From Saprospiraceae bacterium (lineage in GTDB: Bacteria; Bacteroidota; Bacteroidia; Chitinophagales; Saprospiraceae): a stretch of 64,000 bases of DNA. This document shows positions 1-10,080 of this stretch, one piece after another. Location of the stretch: assembly GCA_965277445.1 (NCBI GenBank), contig CBDICY010000016.1, forward strand, positions 441,604-505,603, read 5' to 3'. The notes under the pieces were generated by a model, which was not told the DNA's origin, did not search any database, and was given only the letters and a program-made list of their open reading frames with translations. Position 1 is the stretch's first letter, and every line of letters begins with the position of its first letter. The translations under genes and the position numbers were made by a program.

Positions 1-1747
1 ATTGGCTATTAAATCTAGCGGTGGCAATAAAACCTGCAACATCTGTAGCTGAATCCCCAGTAACCAATACAAATTCAGGTACTGCTGGAAAAGCGGTCAA
101 TACGCCAAAATAATCTTTTTTACTATCCAAAGCTCCTTGACCTATTCCCCCTAAGATACTTTGATTAATATCCGATTGGATCGTGCGATTAATTTGAGGT
201 AATAAAGTAGTAACCGTTTCGGCAAGACTAGCTTCGGTTATTTTAAAGAGACCATTTTTAGATACACTACCTCTGGCTAAAAATTTCTTTAAACTAATTT
301 CGGTAACGTTTCTTAAAATTTGAGTAATGATTCCGTCTAAGCGACCTTTACTCAATTTATTTGAAATGTCCTTCGTTATCTCGGTCATTTTTTTGGTAGA
401 AATCTTGCTAAGAACACGTTGGGTAATTTGATCAATTTGATCTGCTCTTCGGTCTGCTTCCGTTGTTGCTTCGTCGGCTTCGGGCAAGGCCAAATTTCCA
501 GTTTCGATTTCGTCAAGGAGTTCTGTTTTAACTGTATCTAAAAGTCCTTTAGCGATTTGAATTGGACTGTATTGAGGTCCAACCTCCGTAATAATAGCTT
601 TTGCCGCTAGCTCATTTGGACGGTCAAAGTCATAAATATTTACACCGATTGGCTGATGGCCAGCAGTAACCGTTCCATTGGTCGTAGCGGTTGTTGATAG
701 ACCATGAATAGCCCCGACACCTACTGCCCAAGTACCATCTTCAAACTTTATTTCATATCTTTCAGGACTACCCATGGGGGTACCTTCCAAAAATCTAGTA
801 AAGGCGCTCAAATCTCCAACTACCTCAAATTGTGGCGTTTGAGGATGATCCTTTGCTATTCTACTAACTGCATTTCTAGTCCGAATTAATAAATCCGCAT
901 AATTGATAATTCCTTCTTGGTTTTCTAGAATGTCAATTAAACTATTCGTAAAAAAACCACCATTTTCCTCCCCTGCTAATTGTAAATTAGAGCAAGCAGT
1001 CATTACCATGTGAGTAGATCTAGGAATGACCGATTGGTTTTGCTGACTATCAGTTGTTTTGAAATAATGGGTATCAAAACCAAGGTAGGTTTCAATAGGT
1101 CTAGGACCTGCATTGTCCGATACTTCCTGATTCCGTACCGTTGGACCATCTTCATCTCTAGTAAGCCCTCCAGAATGGCAACTATCAATGGTCACTATAA
1201 TATGAGGTGTGCCTCCACTACCTTCGGAGACTTCATGCAATAAGACGGCTAATTCTTTATCTGCTAAGATCTTATCATAAACGCCATTTTCTTGATTGAT
1301 ACAATCGTGACACATCAAGCCTTGATCTTTATTATTTTCTAAGGCTGAAAATTCGGTAGCAGTAGGTGTTTCTGTACCATGGCCACTAAAATGAAACCAA
1401 ACTCGGTCTGCGGCACTTACAGATTGAAAAAAACTTCGGAAAGTGTCAATAATTCCTTCATAAGTAGCCGCCTCATTTTCGAGCCGACAAATTTTTAAAT
1501 TATTATAACCTTCTTCTGTTACTTTATAGGAGGTGACATTTCCATTGGTAATGCTAGTCGCATCGTCACCAATGTCAAAACGTTCTTTGAGAAATCCTTC
1601 TACTCGGTTGAGGTCATCAATACAGCCATTTAGATTTCTAATATTCGCATAGTCGTTGATACCTACTAAAAGGACCAGGATGTCTCCGTCGCCTGGGCGT
1701 TTGCCTGTAGGAGGAGGAGGTGGTGGTAGTATTGGATTATCTGGCAT
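1..1747 (-). CDS. Caspase-like (peptidase C14) domain protein; C-terminus lies outside the window
   Basis: ATG at complement 1747-1745, frame open to position 2, so the ORF track does not list it. My translation begins MPDNPILPPPPPPTGKRPGDGDILVLLVGINDYANIRNLNGCIDDL. The GINDY, HFSGHG and DSCHSGG motifs match the caspase His/Cys dyad. The C-terminal ~300 aa visible here match no family I recognise. Confidence 0.7.
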   Translation of the reverse strand, partial: MPDNPILPPPPPPTGKRPGDGDILVLLVGINDYANIRNLNGCIDDLNRVEGFLKERFDIGDDATSITNGNVTSYKVTEEGYNNLKICRLENEAATYEGIIDTFRSFFQSVSAADRVWFHFSGHGTETPTATEFSALENNKDQGLMCHDCINQENGVYDKILADKELAVLLHEVSEGSGGTPHIIVTIDSCHSGGLTRDEDGPTVRNQEVSDNAGPRPIETYLGFDTHYFKTTDSQQNQSVIPRSTHMVMTACSNLQLAGEENGGFFTNSLIDILENQEGIINYADLLIRTRNAVSRIAKDHPQTPQFEVVGDLSAFTRFLEGTPMGSPERYEIKFEDGTWAVGVGAIHGLSTTATTNGTVTAGHQPIGVNIYDFDRPNELAAKAIITEVGPQYSPIQIAKGLLDTVKTELLDEIETGNLALPEADEATTEADRRADQIDQITQRVLSKISTKKMTEITKDISNKLSKGRLDGIITQILRNVTEISLKKFLARGSVSKNGLFKITEASLAETVTTLLPQINRTIQSDINQSILGGIGQGALDSKKDYFGVLTAFPAVPEFVLVTGDSATDVAGFIATARFNSQ

Positions 1748-2008
1748 GATATTTTAAATTTTGAGGTTAAAAAATAGTATGATAGTCTAAATTAGTTAAA
1801 AAGGTTTTTTGTTTTTTTATAAATTCTACAGCGTTTGCTAATTGTAACATAGCTTTCTTCCTTAGGTATATATGCGCTGTTTGGAAAAAATTAATGGCTT
1901 GAATCTATAGGCTATTTTAAGTATGTTGAGTGTCAACAAAAATCTACTCATCCCTAACCCTTCTCTTCAAAAAGAAGGGAACTAATTTTTCGGTATAAAT
2001 GAGAGTTT

Positions 2009-4039
2009 TTAATTTTTCTTCAACTTATAAGGAAACTGTAAAATCACCCGAGTCCCACAAGGTTCCCCCAATTCATCCATTAAATCTTCAATTTTTATTT
2101 GTGAACCTTTAATGCGCCCCATTCCTTTTAATCGTTCTTCTGTAATTTGCATGCCCATGGATTTATGTTGCAAGACCGAGGCCTTTTGCATTTTATAAGC
2201 CGCTGCTCGACCAATGCCATTGTCTTCTACAATACAGCGTAATTTTTTTCCTACTTTCTGCACTTGAATCAATACCTTCCCGCCTGTTTGTTTGGGCTTT
2301 ATCCCATGCCAAATCGCATTTTCTACATAAGGTTGTAAAATCATGGCAGGAACAAGTACTAAGTCCTGATTAATATCTTCGGCAACGGCTGTCTCGTATG
2401 TTAATTTATCTCGAAAACGCAATTGTTCTAAGGCTAAAAAATGTTGGAGTGTCTTTAATTCTTCTGATAAAGAAGTAGTGGCGGTTCGAGAACCATTCAA
2501 TATCTGTCGAGACAATCTAGAGAAGTGCACTAAATATTTTGCGGCTGCTTTGGCATTCCCTAAATTAACTAAGCTTTCGATAGCATTCAAACTATTGGAT
2601 ATGAAATGAGGATTTATTTGTGCTCGTAAGGCTTCCATTTCTGCTTTTAAGCGACGGTTTTGTTGCCCTTGTAAAAGGACTAAGAAGATAGCACCAATTG
2701 CTCCTAAAATACCCAAACCAATATATAATTGATTTTTTCTGGTGTTGGCAGCATTAACTCGAATATCTCTTTGTTCCACCTTATTAATTCGTTGAAAAGC
2801 AGATTTAGAGTGGGTAGTAATCGTATCTAATAAGGCGGAATAGTTGGTATTTATAAAAATTAGTGCTGCATCTCCCAGAATGGTTTCACAATTAATCTCC
2901 TTTGGTTTAGCACATAAGATGGTCAGATTCGCACTTGCGCTTTTTAAATTTGATTCGGCCCCCTTTTCCCTTGCATTTATGATAGCTAGTTTATAATAAT
3001 AGGCGGCGGAATCAATATTAGGTTTAAGTATTTCATTATTTGACATATAGTGAAAAGCTGCACCAATCATCTGATAAATAAAATATTTTATTTCTTTTTC
3101 GTATTCCAAGCTCTTTTTAAATGTAGCAATTGTTTTATCAAAATATTGAAAATCTCCTGTTTCATGAAGCTGATAGGAATACATATAACCTCTTGATTGA
3201 TAGACTCTCGAAAGCAAAAAATTCTCTTGGTTGCCTTCATAGAAATTAATGCAAAGATTATATAAAGAATCTGCTTGATGATAATTTTTTTCAGCCTGAT
3301 GCACAAGTGCCCAATCGTTCCATAAACTTACAAAGTCTTCCTCATTTGCTGGAAAGCTATGTAATAAACTATCACATTGAGTAAAATAAAGAGCAGCTTC
3401 TGGTACTGCACCTTGGAAATAATAATTAATCCCTAGATTCTGTAATACTTTTGCCTTGTTTTTATTAACAATTTGTTTGCTTGTTTTTGAATTTTCAATT
3501 TTTTTGAGGGCTTGATCGAAATTATCCTGAGCTAAATCATATGCTCCTTTTTGTTGAGATAGAACGCCCAATAGATTATGAATATGGATTTGCCAATCTA
3601 ATCTATTAAATTCCTTTAATAAACGTTCACTTATTCTAGCATCTACTAGTGCATCTTCTATATCTTCTTCATAGAATGATTTCCGACTTTTAATTAAGGC
3701 TATTTGATAGGCACTCACTCCTCGTGGAAAATTCAAATTTTCCTCTGTCGCCAAATCATACCCCATCTGTGCATATACTAAAGAAATATCCTCTTTATAA
3801 TCTTTTACCCACTCGGCATAATATAATAAGCTATCCAACTGTTTTTGAGTAGCCGAATATTGCGCTATTTGTGGTAAAGTAATACTAGTATCTGCTAATA
3901 TTTTTAGCCGAGCTTCTGATTGCGCCTCAATCGTATCCAAACTAAAATCTTTCATCTCAGAACTACCACAACCCATCCATAAACATATTGTTATAGAGAA
4001 TACTAGCAGTAGAGAAAAGTTAGTTGGGGCTTTGGTCAT
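2009..4039 (-). CDS. TPR-repeat sensor histidine kinase, LytS/YehU type (His_kinase pfam06580 + HATPase_c)
   Basis: N-terminal signal/TM segment, a long TPR-like helical region, a TM segment, then INPHFISNSLNAIESL (His kinase internal region) and a C-terminal HATPase_c (GIGRAAAYKM...). Partners of this kinase type are usually LytTR regulators. Confidence 0.85.
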   Translation of the reverse strand: MTKAPTNFSLLLVFSITICLWMGCGSSEMKDFSLDTIEAQSEARLKILADTSITLPQIAQYSATQKQLDSLLYYAEWVKDYKEDISLVYAQMGYDLATEENLNFPRGVSAYQIALIKSRKSFYEEDIEDALVDARISERLLKEFNRLDWQIHIHNLLGVLSQQKGAYDLAQDNFDQALKKIENSKTSKQIVNKNKAKVLQNLGINYYFQGAVPEAALYFTQCDSLLHSFPANEEDFVSLWNDWALVHQAEKNYHQADSLYNLCINFYEGNQENFLLSRVYQSRGYMYSYQLHETGDFQYFDKTIATFKKSLEYEKEIKYFIYQMIGAAFHYMSNNEILKPNIDSAAYYYKLAIINAREKGAESNLKSASANLTILCAKPKEINCETILGDAALIFINTNYSALLDTITTHSKSAFQRINKVEQRDIRVNAANTRKNQLYIGLGILGAIGAIFLVLLQGQQNRRLKAEMEALRAQINPHFISNSLNAIESLVNLGNAKAAAKYLVHFSRLSRQILNGSRTATTSLSEELKTLQHFLALEQLRFRDKLTYETAVAEDINQDLVLVPAMILQPYVENAIWHGIKPKQTGGKVLIQVQKVGKKLRCIVEDNGIGRAAAYKMQKASVLQHKSMGMQITEERLKGMGRIKGSQIKIEDLMDELGEPCGTRVILQFPYKLKKN

Positions 4040-4629
4040 TTATTTTTAAGAATTAGTCTTTAGGAGATTTAGTTATTTAATTAATACGGGCACAAGGTCT
4101 GTCATTTTTAAGCAAAGGACTAGCACAAATTTGACAAAAATCTTCACTTTTTGAACAATCCTAGCAAAAATCATCGAATATTGTTTTTTTCTGCCCAGTT
4201 ATTTGGTTTAAGCTACTGCTTAATTTGACTTCAGACTTTTAGTCAATAAAAGGTTTGCCCAAGTAAGGAAATTTTTAGCGAAAAAATGCAAGTCTAAAAA
4301 CATATATGTTTCATGAATAGGTTTTGGTTGAATGTATTTGAGGATATTATATGATAGTTGGGTGAATTAATAGTGTTTATTCTGAAATTATTCGTGTGGT
4401 AGCCCTCTCGCCATTAACCCTTTGCCTTTCGCCGAATAAAGTCTAATAATTAACTTTTATGCCTCAAATCATAATCTGAGTCGTGTCAAATCATAATATG
4501 CAGCGATCACACCGATAAATTGATTGAAATTTGTTGAAAATAGTAGGCGGAGTGCATTGGCAAAGGGCAGAGGAATAACACCCCCTCCCAAAAATCCTCC
4601 GCAATTTATCAATCAAAAATCTAGTCATC

Positions 4630-5520
4630 ATGAAAATCACTCAATTGTTAGTCGTCATCTGTTTAATCGCCACTTCTTTAACCGCTCAAAAAAATGGAAA
4701 TGGGCAATTAAAAACAAAATCCATTTCACTCGCCGATTTTTCCGAAATCCGGGTAAACTTTCCGGTCACCGCCACCATTGATTGCGGCACAACAACTGCT
4801 TTAAGCATGACCACCGACGACAATTTATTTGAGCATATAGGAATAGAAGTGGAAGACGATATTTTATACATTCAACAAAAAGGTTGGGTGGAAGCAACTA
4901 AAGTAGAATTGACCATTGGCGCGCCCAATTTGAAGCGATTACAAGCAGGCGGCTATGGCAATTATACCGTAAAAAATATAGCTGCCAATGAATTTCGAGT
5001 GACCAATAATGTCGGACTAGTCAAATTATTTGGCAAAGCGAATACCTTAAGATTTGGTATTGAAACAGGAACAATTGATGCAACGGGATTAGTTGTTCAA
5101 GAAGTGTACGCCAATATTTGGAGTCATGGAAAAGCTAAGGTCAATGCGGTTCAATTATTAGATGGAAAAGTAAAGAATGGGGGCGATATTATTTATACCA
5201 ACGCACCTGTAAAAAATCGCATTAAAATAAAAGGTGATAGTCAAGTCTATTCTTCGGCGGAAGCTAAGGCAGCGATCAAAAAAATAGATTTTATCGACTT
5301 TAAACTATTCAATAACAGCGGCACAAGAATCCAAGCGTATGTGAAAGGGCCTAGAGGTCAAAAATTTAGTTATGGCTTCCCTTTAAATCCATTACAAAAG
5401 CGCAACAAGCATTGGCCAGTTGGCAGTAAAGTTTATAAAGTGAGTAAAGTAGGCACTCGAACTTTATTGGCGACGATTGAAGCGGATAATGCAGATAGTG
5501 TGGTGAAATTATTTGATTAG
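4630..5520 (+). CDS. Secreted protein, possibly head GIN/DUF2807-like beta-rich adhesin domain
   Basis: Signal peptide MKITQLLVVICLIATSLTAQ followed by a repetitive beta-strand-like sequence (GTIDATGLVVQEVYANIWSHGKAKVNAV...). The family assignment is tentative. Confidence 0.5.
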   Translation: MKITQLLVVICLIATSLTAQKNGNGQLKTKSISLADFSEIRVNFPVTATIDCGTTTALSMTTDDNLFEHIGIEVEDDILYIQQKGWVEATKVELTIGAPNLKRLQAGGYGNYTVKNIAANEFRVTNNVGLVKLFGKANTLRFGIETGTIDATGLVVQEVYANIWSHGKAKVNAVQLLDGKVKNGGDIIYTNAPVKNRIKIKGDSQVYSSAEAKAAIKKIDFIDFKLFNNSGTRIQAYVKGPRGQKFSYGFPLNPLQKRNKHWPVGSKVYKVSKVGTRTLLATIEADNADSVVKLFD

Positions 5521-5599
5521 CCAGTTTTTTAACGATATAGGTAATCAGATAAAGAATTGATACTACAGAAGATATTAGTACAAGCTAATTTAGTCTAAT

Positions 5600-5663
5600 A
5601 TCCGTGTCCCTTTACTTATCCGCGGTAGCAATCAATACCACGGATAAGTGAAGGGACACGGAT
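5600..5663. repeat. REP-like palindromic element, copy 1 (26-bp stem with loop tagcaatcaatac)
   Basis: atccgtgtccctttacttatccgcgg...ccacggataagtgaagggacacggat, lying between convergent genes. A near-identical copy is at 53399-53463. Confidence 0.7.
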
Positions 5664-5887
5664 ATGTATTACTTTTTTAACTGACACCTATAAAGTAAAA
5701 ACTATATGCACTTAAGTACCAACACACAATTATTATTAATTTTCAGCGGCTTCTTTTTCCGCTATTTTCCTCTAAAAAATCAAGCCGTAGCGGTGCTATG
5801 ACTGGATTTTTTAAAGAAAACTATCGAAAAAATAATCTCCCTGAAATTTTAAACTAATTATGAGTTGGTACTTAAATGACTAGATGG

Positions 5888-6142
5888 TTAAACAAAATTA
5901 CCTACAAATAAACCCATAAAAGTCCATGCCAATACGCCAATAATGATGAATAGAAAGGTACTAGAATAATTGATAACTTCCGTTTCTTTTTCATTGACCA
6001 ATTCTTTTGGGTTCGTTTCAGCTTCGTTAATTTCCTCCATCGTTGCATCACTTACCACTTTTAAAGCAGCACTCCAGAAATAGATAAAATAACTGACTCC
6101 TGCGGCAATAATTAGGTATAAAAGGGCTAGTAGAAAGTTCAT
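5888..6142 (-). CDS. Small membrane protein (2 TM helices), hypothetical
   Basis: Hydrophobic N- and C-terminal segments with an acidic central loop. No family recognised. Confidence 0.4.
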   Translation of the reverse strand: MNFLLALLYLIIAAGVSYFIYFWSAALKVVSDATMEEINEAETNPKELVNEKETEVINYSSTFLFIIIGVLAWTFMGLFVGNFV

Positions 6143-6605
6143 CGATGAAATATTATTTTAAGGACTTGATTTGCCAAATCTAATAATTTTAGTAGTGGTT
6201 TTCAATTTTTTTAGAAATGTATTATCGAATTTATTTGATGGGTACAGATAAATTTTTAGCAGATTTCAAAGACGAATTAGACGGGATAGGCTGTACAGGT
6301 GGAGCGGATTGGGCGGATATTATACGGATTTTTCTAAATAAGATGATAAATCTGTACCAAAATCCGCCTAATCCGCATAACCTACCTTCTCAGTTAAGAA
6401 AATTAGCATTTGATCTGTACTCGTCGAATTCACCGAAACGAATTGAAAACCTAGCAAATTCTGCGAACTTCCACCTTTTGTAAAATAGCCTTATTATATT
6501 TGCGTTCCTAATTTAGGGTAGAAGTTGTAAGTCACTCATTATTTTTATAAAACTGACAACTGACAACTCACAACTGACAACTCGTAACTAAATAACAACC
6601 ACAAT

Positions 6606-7994
6606 ATGCAAAAAGTACAAACGTATATCAATAAAAATAAGCAGCGATTTTTAGACGAATTAATCGAAATTTTAAAAATCCCATCTATTAGTGCTGATCC
6701 AGCATACAAAGAAGAGGTTGCTAAAACAGCAGTTTTTACCGCAGAGAAGTTAAAAGCAGCAGGGGCAGAAAATGTAGAAATTTGCCAAACCGCAGGTCAC
6801 CCAATTGTCTATGGTGACAAATTGATAGACCCTGCCTTACCAACGGTTTTGGTCTACGGGCACTACGATGTGCAACCACCAGACCCATTGGAATTATGGA
6901 CAACTGGACCATTTGAGCCAGTTATTAAACCAACAAAAGTACATCCAGACGGCGCTATTTTTGCCCGTGGTTCTGCCGATGATAAAGGACAATTTTATAT
7001 GCATGTGAAAGCCTTTGAAGCCATGATAGCGGAAGATGTTTTGCCTTGTAATATAAAGTTTATGATAGAAGGAGAAGAAGAAGTAGGCTCGGATAATTTA
7101 GGTACTTTTTGCCAAGCGAATAAAGAAAAATTAGCTTGTGATATGGTGATGATTTCGGACACGTCGATTATTGCCAATGATTGCCCATCCATTTCTGTGG
7201 GCTTAAGAGGCTTAAGTTATTTAGAAGTAGAAGTAACGGGACCAAATCGAGATTTACACTCAGGCGTATATGGTGGTGCGGTAGCCAATCCGATTAATAT
7301 TTTGTGTAAAATGATTGCGTCGATGCACGATGAAAACAATCACATTACCATTCCAGAATTTTACGATGATGTCGCAGAAGTAACGAAAGCGGAGCGAAAA
7401 GCGATGAACGAAGCGCCGTTTGACATCCATGCCTATAAAGATGATTTAGATATTTTCCAAGTACGTGGCGAAAAAGGCTATACCACTTTAGAAAGAACGT
7501 CTATTCGACCAACCTTAGATGTAAATGGTATTTGGGGTGGTTATATTGGCGAAGGGGCAAAGACTGTTTTACCATCAAAGGCCTTTGCTAAAATCAGCAT
7601 GCGGTTAGTGCCTAACCAAAATTCGGATAAAATCACCGAAATCTTCACCAAGCATTTCAAGAAAATTGCGCCTAAATCTGTAAAGGTTCAAGTTCGCCCA
7701 CATCATGGTGGAGAACCAGCCGTTACACCAACGGATACAGTAGAATACAAAGCAGCGGCGAAGGCCATGAAAACGACTTTTGGTAAAGAACCGATTCCTC
7801 AAAGAGGTGGCGGCAGTATTCCAATTGTGGCACTTTTTGAAGAAGTATTGGGCGTTAAATCTGTCTTGATGGGTTTTGGGTTGGATTCTGATGGCTTACA
7901 TTCACCAAACGAGCATTATGGTTTATTTAATTATTATAAAGGGATAGAGACGATTCCTTATTTCTTTCAGTATTATGCGGAGATGAAGCAATAG
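6606..7994 (+). CDS. M20 family metallodipeptidase (CNDP/PepV-like)
   Basis: HYDVQPPDPLELW and GSADDKGQ metal-binding motifs with a dimerisation insert. Length 462 aa fits M20A dipeptidases. Confidence 0.9.
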   Translation: MQKVQTYINKNKQRFLDELIEILKIPSISADPAYKEEVAKTAVFTAEKLKAAGAENVEICQTAGHPIVYGDKLIDPALPTVLVYGHYDVQPPDPLELWTTGPFEPVIKPTKVHPDGAIFARGSADDKGQFYMHVKAFEAMIAEDVLPCNIKFMIEGEEEVGSDNLGTFCQANKEKLACDMVMISDTSIIANDCPSISVGLRGLSYLEVEVTGPNRDLHSGVYGGAVANPINILCKMIASMHDENNHITIPEFYDDVAEVTKAERKAMNEAPFDIHAYKDDLDIFQVRGEKGYTTLERTSIRPTLDVNGIWGGYIGEGAKTVLPSKAFAKISMRLVPNQNSDKITEIFTKHFKKIAPKSVKVQVRPHHGGEPAVTPTDTVEYKAAAKAMKTTFGKEPIPQRGGGSIPIVALFEEVLGVKSVLMGFGLDSDGLHSPNEHYGLFNYYKGIETIPYFFQYYAEMKQ

Positions 7995-8221
7995 GAGAAG
8001 TGAGCAGCGAGAAGTCAGAAGTCAGACCATTTCATTGTCAGACCGTAAACTGTCAGATTGATTTATGTTTAATCTGACTGCGATATTTTCAGTCTCCAGA
8101 CTGGAAATCGGCATCTTGTCGTCTCCAGACGACCGAAAACAGTACTAACGGTCGTCTGGAGACTTAATTCATCGAATTTAACTCTTTTTTAGCTTCAGGA
8201 GCGATAGCAACAAATAGCAAA

Positions 8222-9199
8222 ATGAAAAAGAAAGCGGAAGGTAAGAAGGCGATAAAATCCAAACTTCATCCTAGAAACAAACATCGACAAAGCTATGATT
8301 TCAAGGAATTAATAGCCACGCTTCCAGATTTAGCTCCTTTTGTGGCGCCTAATAAATATGGGGACGAATCCATTGATTTTTTTAATCCAGCAGCCGTAAA
8401 AATGCTCAATAAAGCTTTATTGTTGCATTATTATGGAATTGACTATTGGGAGATTCCACCGAATTATTTGTGTCCACCGATTCCCGGTCGAGCGGATTAT
8501 ATCCATCACATTGCTGATTTATTGGGCAGTTCTAATGGTGGAAAAATTCCTGCGGGCAAGACGATCAACTGCTTAGACATTGGCGTTGGGGCAAATTGCG
8601 TTTATCCAATCATTGGGCACCATGAATATGGTTGGTCTTTTAGAGGCACAGATGTTGACCGAACAGCTATCCAAGCAGCGAATAAAAACATTGAAAATAA
8701 CGGGACCTTAAACCAAGTGATCAAGTTCAAATATCAAATCAATCCAACGGATATCTTTTATGGTATTTTGGACAAAAAAGAATATTTTGATTTAACGATT
8801 TGTAACCCTCCTTTTCATACCTCCGCTTTGGAAGCGCAGTCAAGTGCTATCCGAAAAGTCAAAAATTTAACGGGCAAAAAGAGTGTAACGGTCACCCCCA
8901 GTTTTGGTGGTCAACCCAAAGAATTATGGTGCCCAGGAGGAGAGAAGCAATTTATTAAAAGGATGGTTCAGGAAAGTAAAAAGTTTGCACCGAATTGTCT
9001 CTGGTTTTCTACTTTAGTCTCCAAAGAATCTAATTTGATTGGCATCAAACGAGCCTTAAAAAAAGCCGTTGCTACAGAAGTGAAAATCATTGAAATGGGA
9101 CAAGGGCAGAAAAAAAGCCGAATTGTAGCTTGGTCTTTTTTAAAAGAAAAACGCCGAGATCAATGGGTGGCTAAACGGTGGAAAATGGAAGAGGACTAG
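8222..9199 (+). CDS. rlmF: 23S rRNA (adenine1618-N6)-methyltransferase
   Basis: LHPRNKHRQSYDF...LAPFV...LCPPIPGRADYIHHIADLL...DIGVGANCVYP...NPPFH is collinear with RlmF/YbiN signature blocks. Confidence 0.9.
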   Translation: MKKKAEGKKAIKSKLHPRNKHRQSYDFKELIATLPDLAPFVAPNKYGDESIDFFNPAAVKMLNKALLLHYYGIDYWEIPPNYLCPPIPGRADYIHHIADLLGSSNGGKIPAGKTINCLDIGVGANCVYPIIGHHEYGWSFRGTDVDRTAIQAANKNIENNGTLNQVIKFKYQINPTDIFYGILDKKEYFDLTICNPPFHTSALEAQSSAIRKVKNLTGKKSVTVTPSFGGQPKELWCPGGEKQFIKRMVQESKKFAPNCLWFSTLVSKESNLIGIKRALKKAVATEVKIIEMGQGQKKSRIVAWSFLKEKRRDQWVAKRWKMEED

Positions 9200-9247
9200 G
9201 TTCTAAACCATTTTGAAAATTGAAAATTATAAATTGAGAATTGAAAA

Positions 9248-10054
9248 TTGCTTTTGATGATATTATCCACTCTAAGACTAAGAAACTACCCAGAAGCCGA
9301 AGCCGATACCTTCCCGTGGAACCTCCCCCTTATCAAAAACTTAGAAACGCTACAATTTGAAAAGAACATCAGCTTCTTTGTCGGTGAAAATGGCAGCGGT
9401 AAATCCACGATTTTAGAAGCCATTGCTGCGTATACGGAAGTTCCACTAGCGGGAAGTCTTCGATTAGTCGATGATGAATCACTTGCCGCTTCTAATCGTT
9501 TGGCCGATTATTTGAGTTTGCGGTATGCCGAAAAAACACGGCACGGCTTTTTTGTTAGAGCCGAAGATTTTATTGGGTTTTCTAGGAGTATCAAACGACA
9601 GATTCGAGAACTAGACGAAGAAATTGCGGAGGTGAAAGCCACGTTTACGGGCGGCGATATAAAGCTGACTTTAGGCACCTTAGAAGGCGAGCGAAACAGT
9701 TTTATCCAACGGTATTCCAAAGACTTAGAGGCGATGTCACACGGCGAAGGGTTTATGAAATTTTTCACGTCTCGAATTACAGGCAAAGGCTTGTATTTAA
9801 TAGACGAACCAGAAGCGGCACTTTCCCCTGCTCGACAATTGAGTTTATTGTCGTTGATTTTAGAAAAAGTTAAAAAGACGGGCGCACATTTTATCATTGC
9901 CACTCATTCGCCCATCATTATGGCAGCACCTGATTCCGAGGTGTTTTATTTTCAAGAAGGACAGATTGCCAAAGTAGATTATCGAGAAACAGAGCATTAT
10001 TTATTGACCAAGGCGATATTGGATAGACCTGAGTTGGTGATGAAGGAATTGTGA
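9248..10054 (+). CDS. AAA_21/ABC-type ATPase domain protein
   Basis: Walker A GENGSGKST, Walker B LYLIDEPEAALS, and the signature ATHSPIIMA at the C-terminus. Confidence 0.8.
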   Translation: MLLMILSTLRLRNYPEAEADTFPWNLPLIKNLETLQFEKNISFFVGENGSGKSTILEAIAAYTEVPLAGSLRLVDDESLAASNRLADYLSLRYAEKTRHGFFVRAEDFIGFSRSIKRQIRELDEEIAEVKATFTGGDIKLTLGTLEGERNSFIQRYSKDLEAMSHGEGFMKFFTSRITGKGLYLIDEPEAALSPARQLSLLSLILEKVKKTGAHFIIATHSPIIMAAPDSEVFYFQEGQIAKVDYRETEHYLLTKAILDRPELVMKEL

Positions 10055-10080
10055 CAAGAAAGAAGAACGAAGTCAGGCTC

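Noticed and set aside
3088-3306. 72-aa ORF nested antisense inside the histidine kinase gene, and similar nested ORFs throughout the track (e.g. 9508-9903, 17043-17444, 42842-43234, 46510-46908, 49148-52965 minor frames)
   Set aside because: They are fully contained within longer, well-supported CDSs on the opposite strand or in an alternative frame. These are typical shadow ORFs.
6217-6483. 88-aa ORF upstream of the dipeptidase
   Set aside because: No RBS or promoter context that I could support, no family resemblance, and it lies in a repeat-rich spacer. It may be real but is unsupported.
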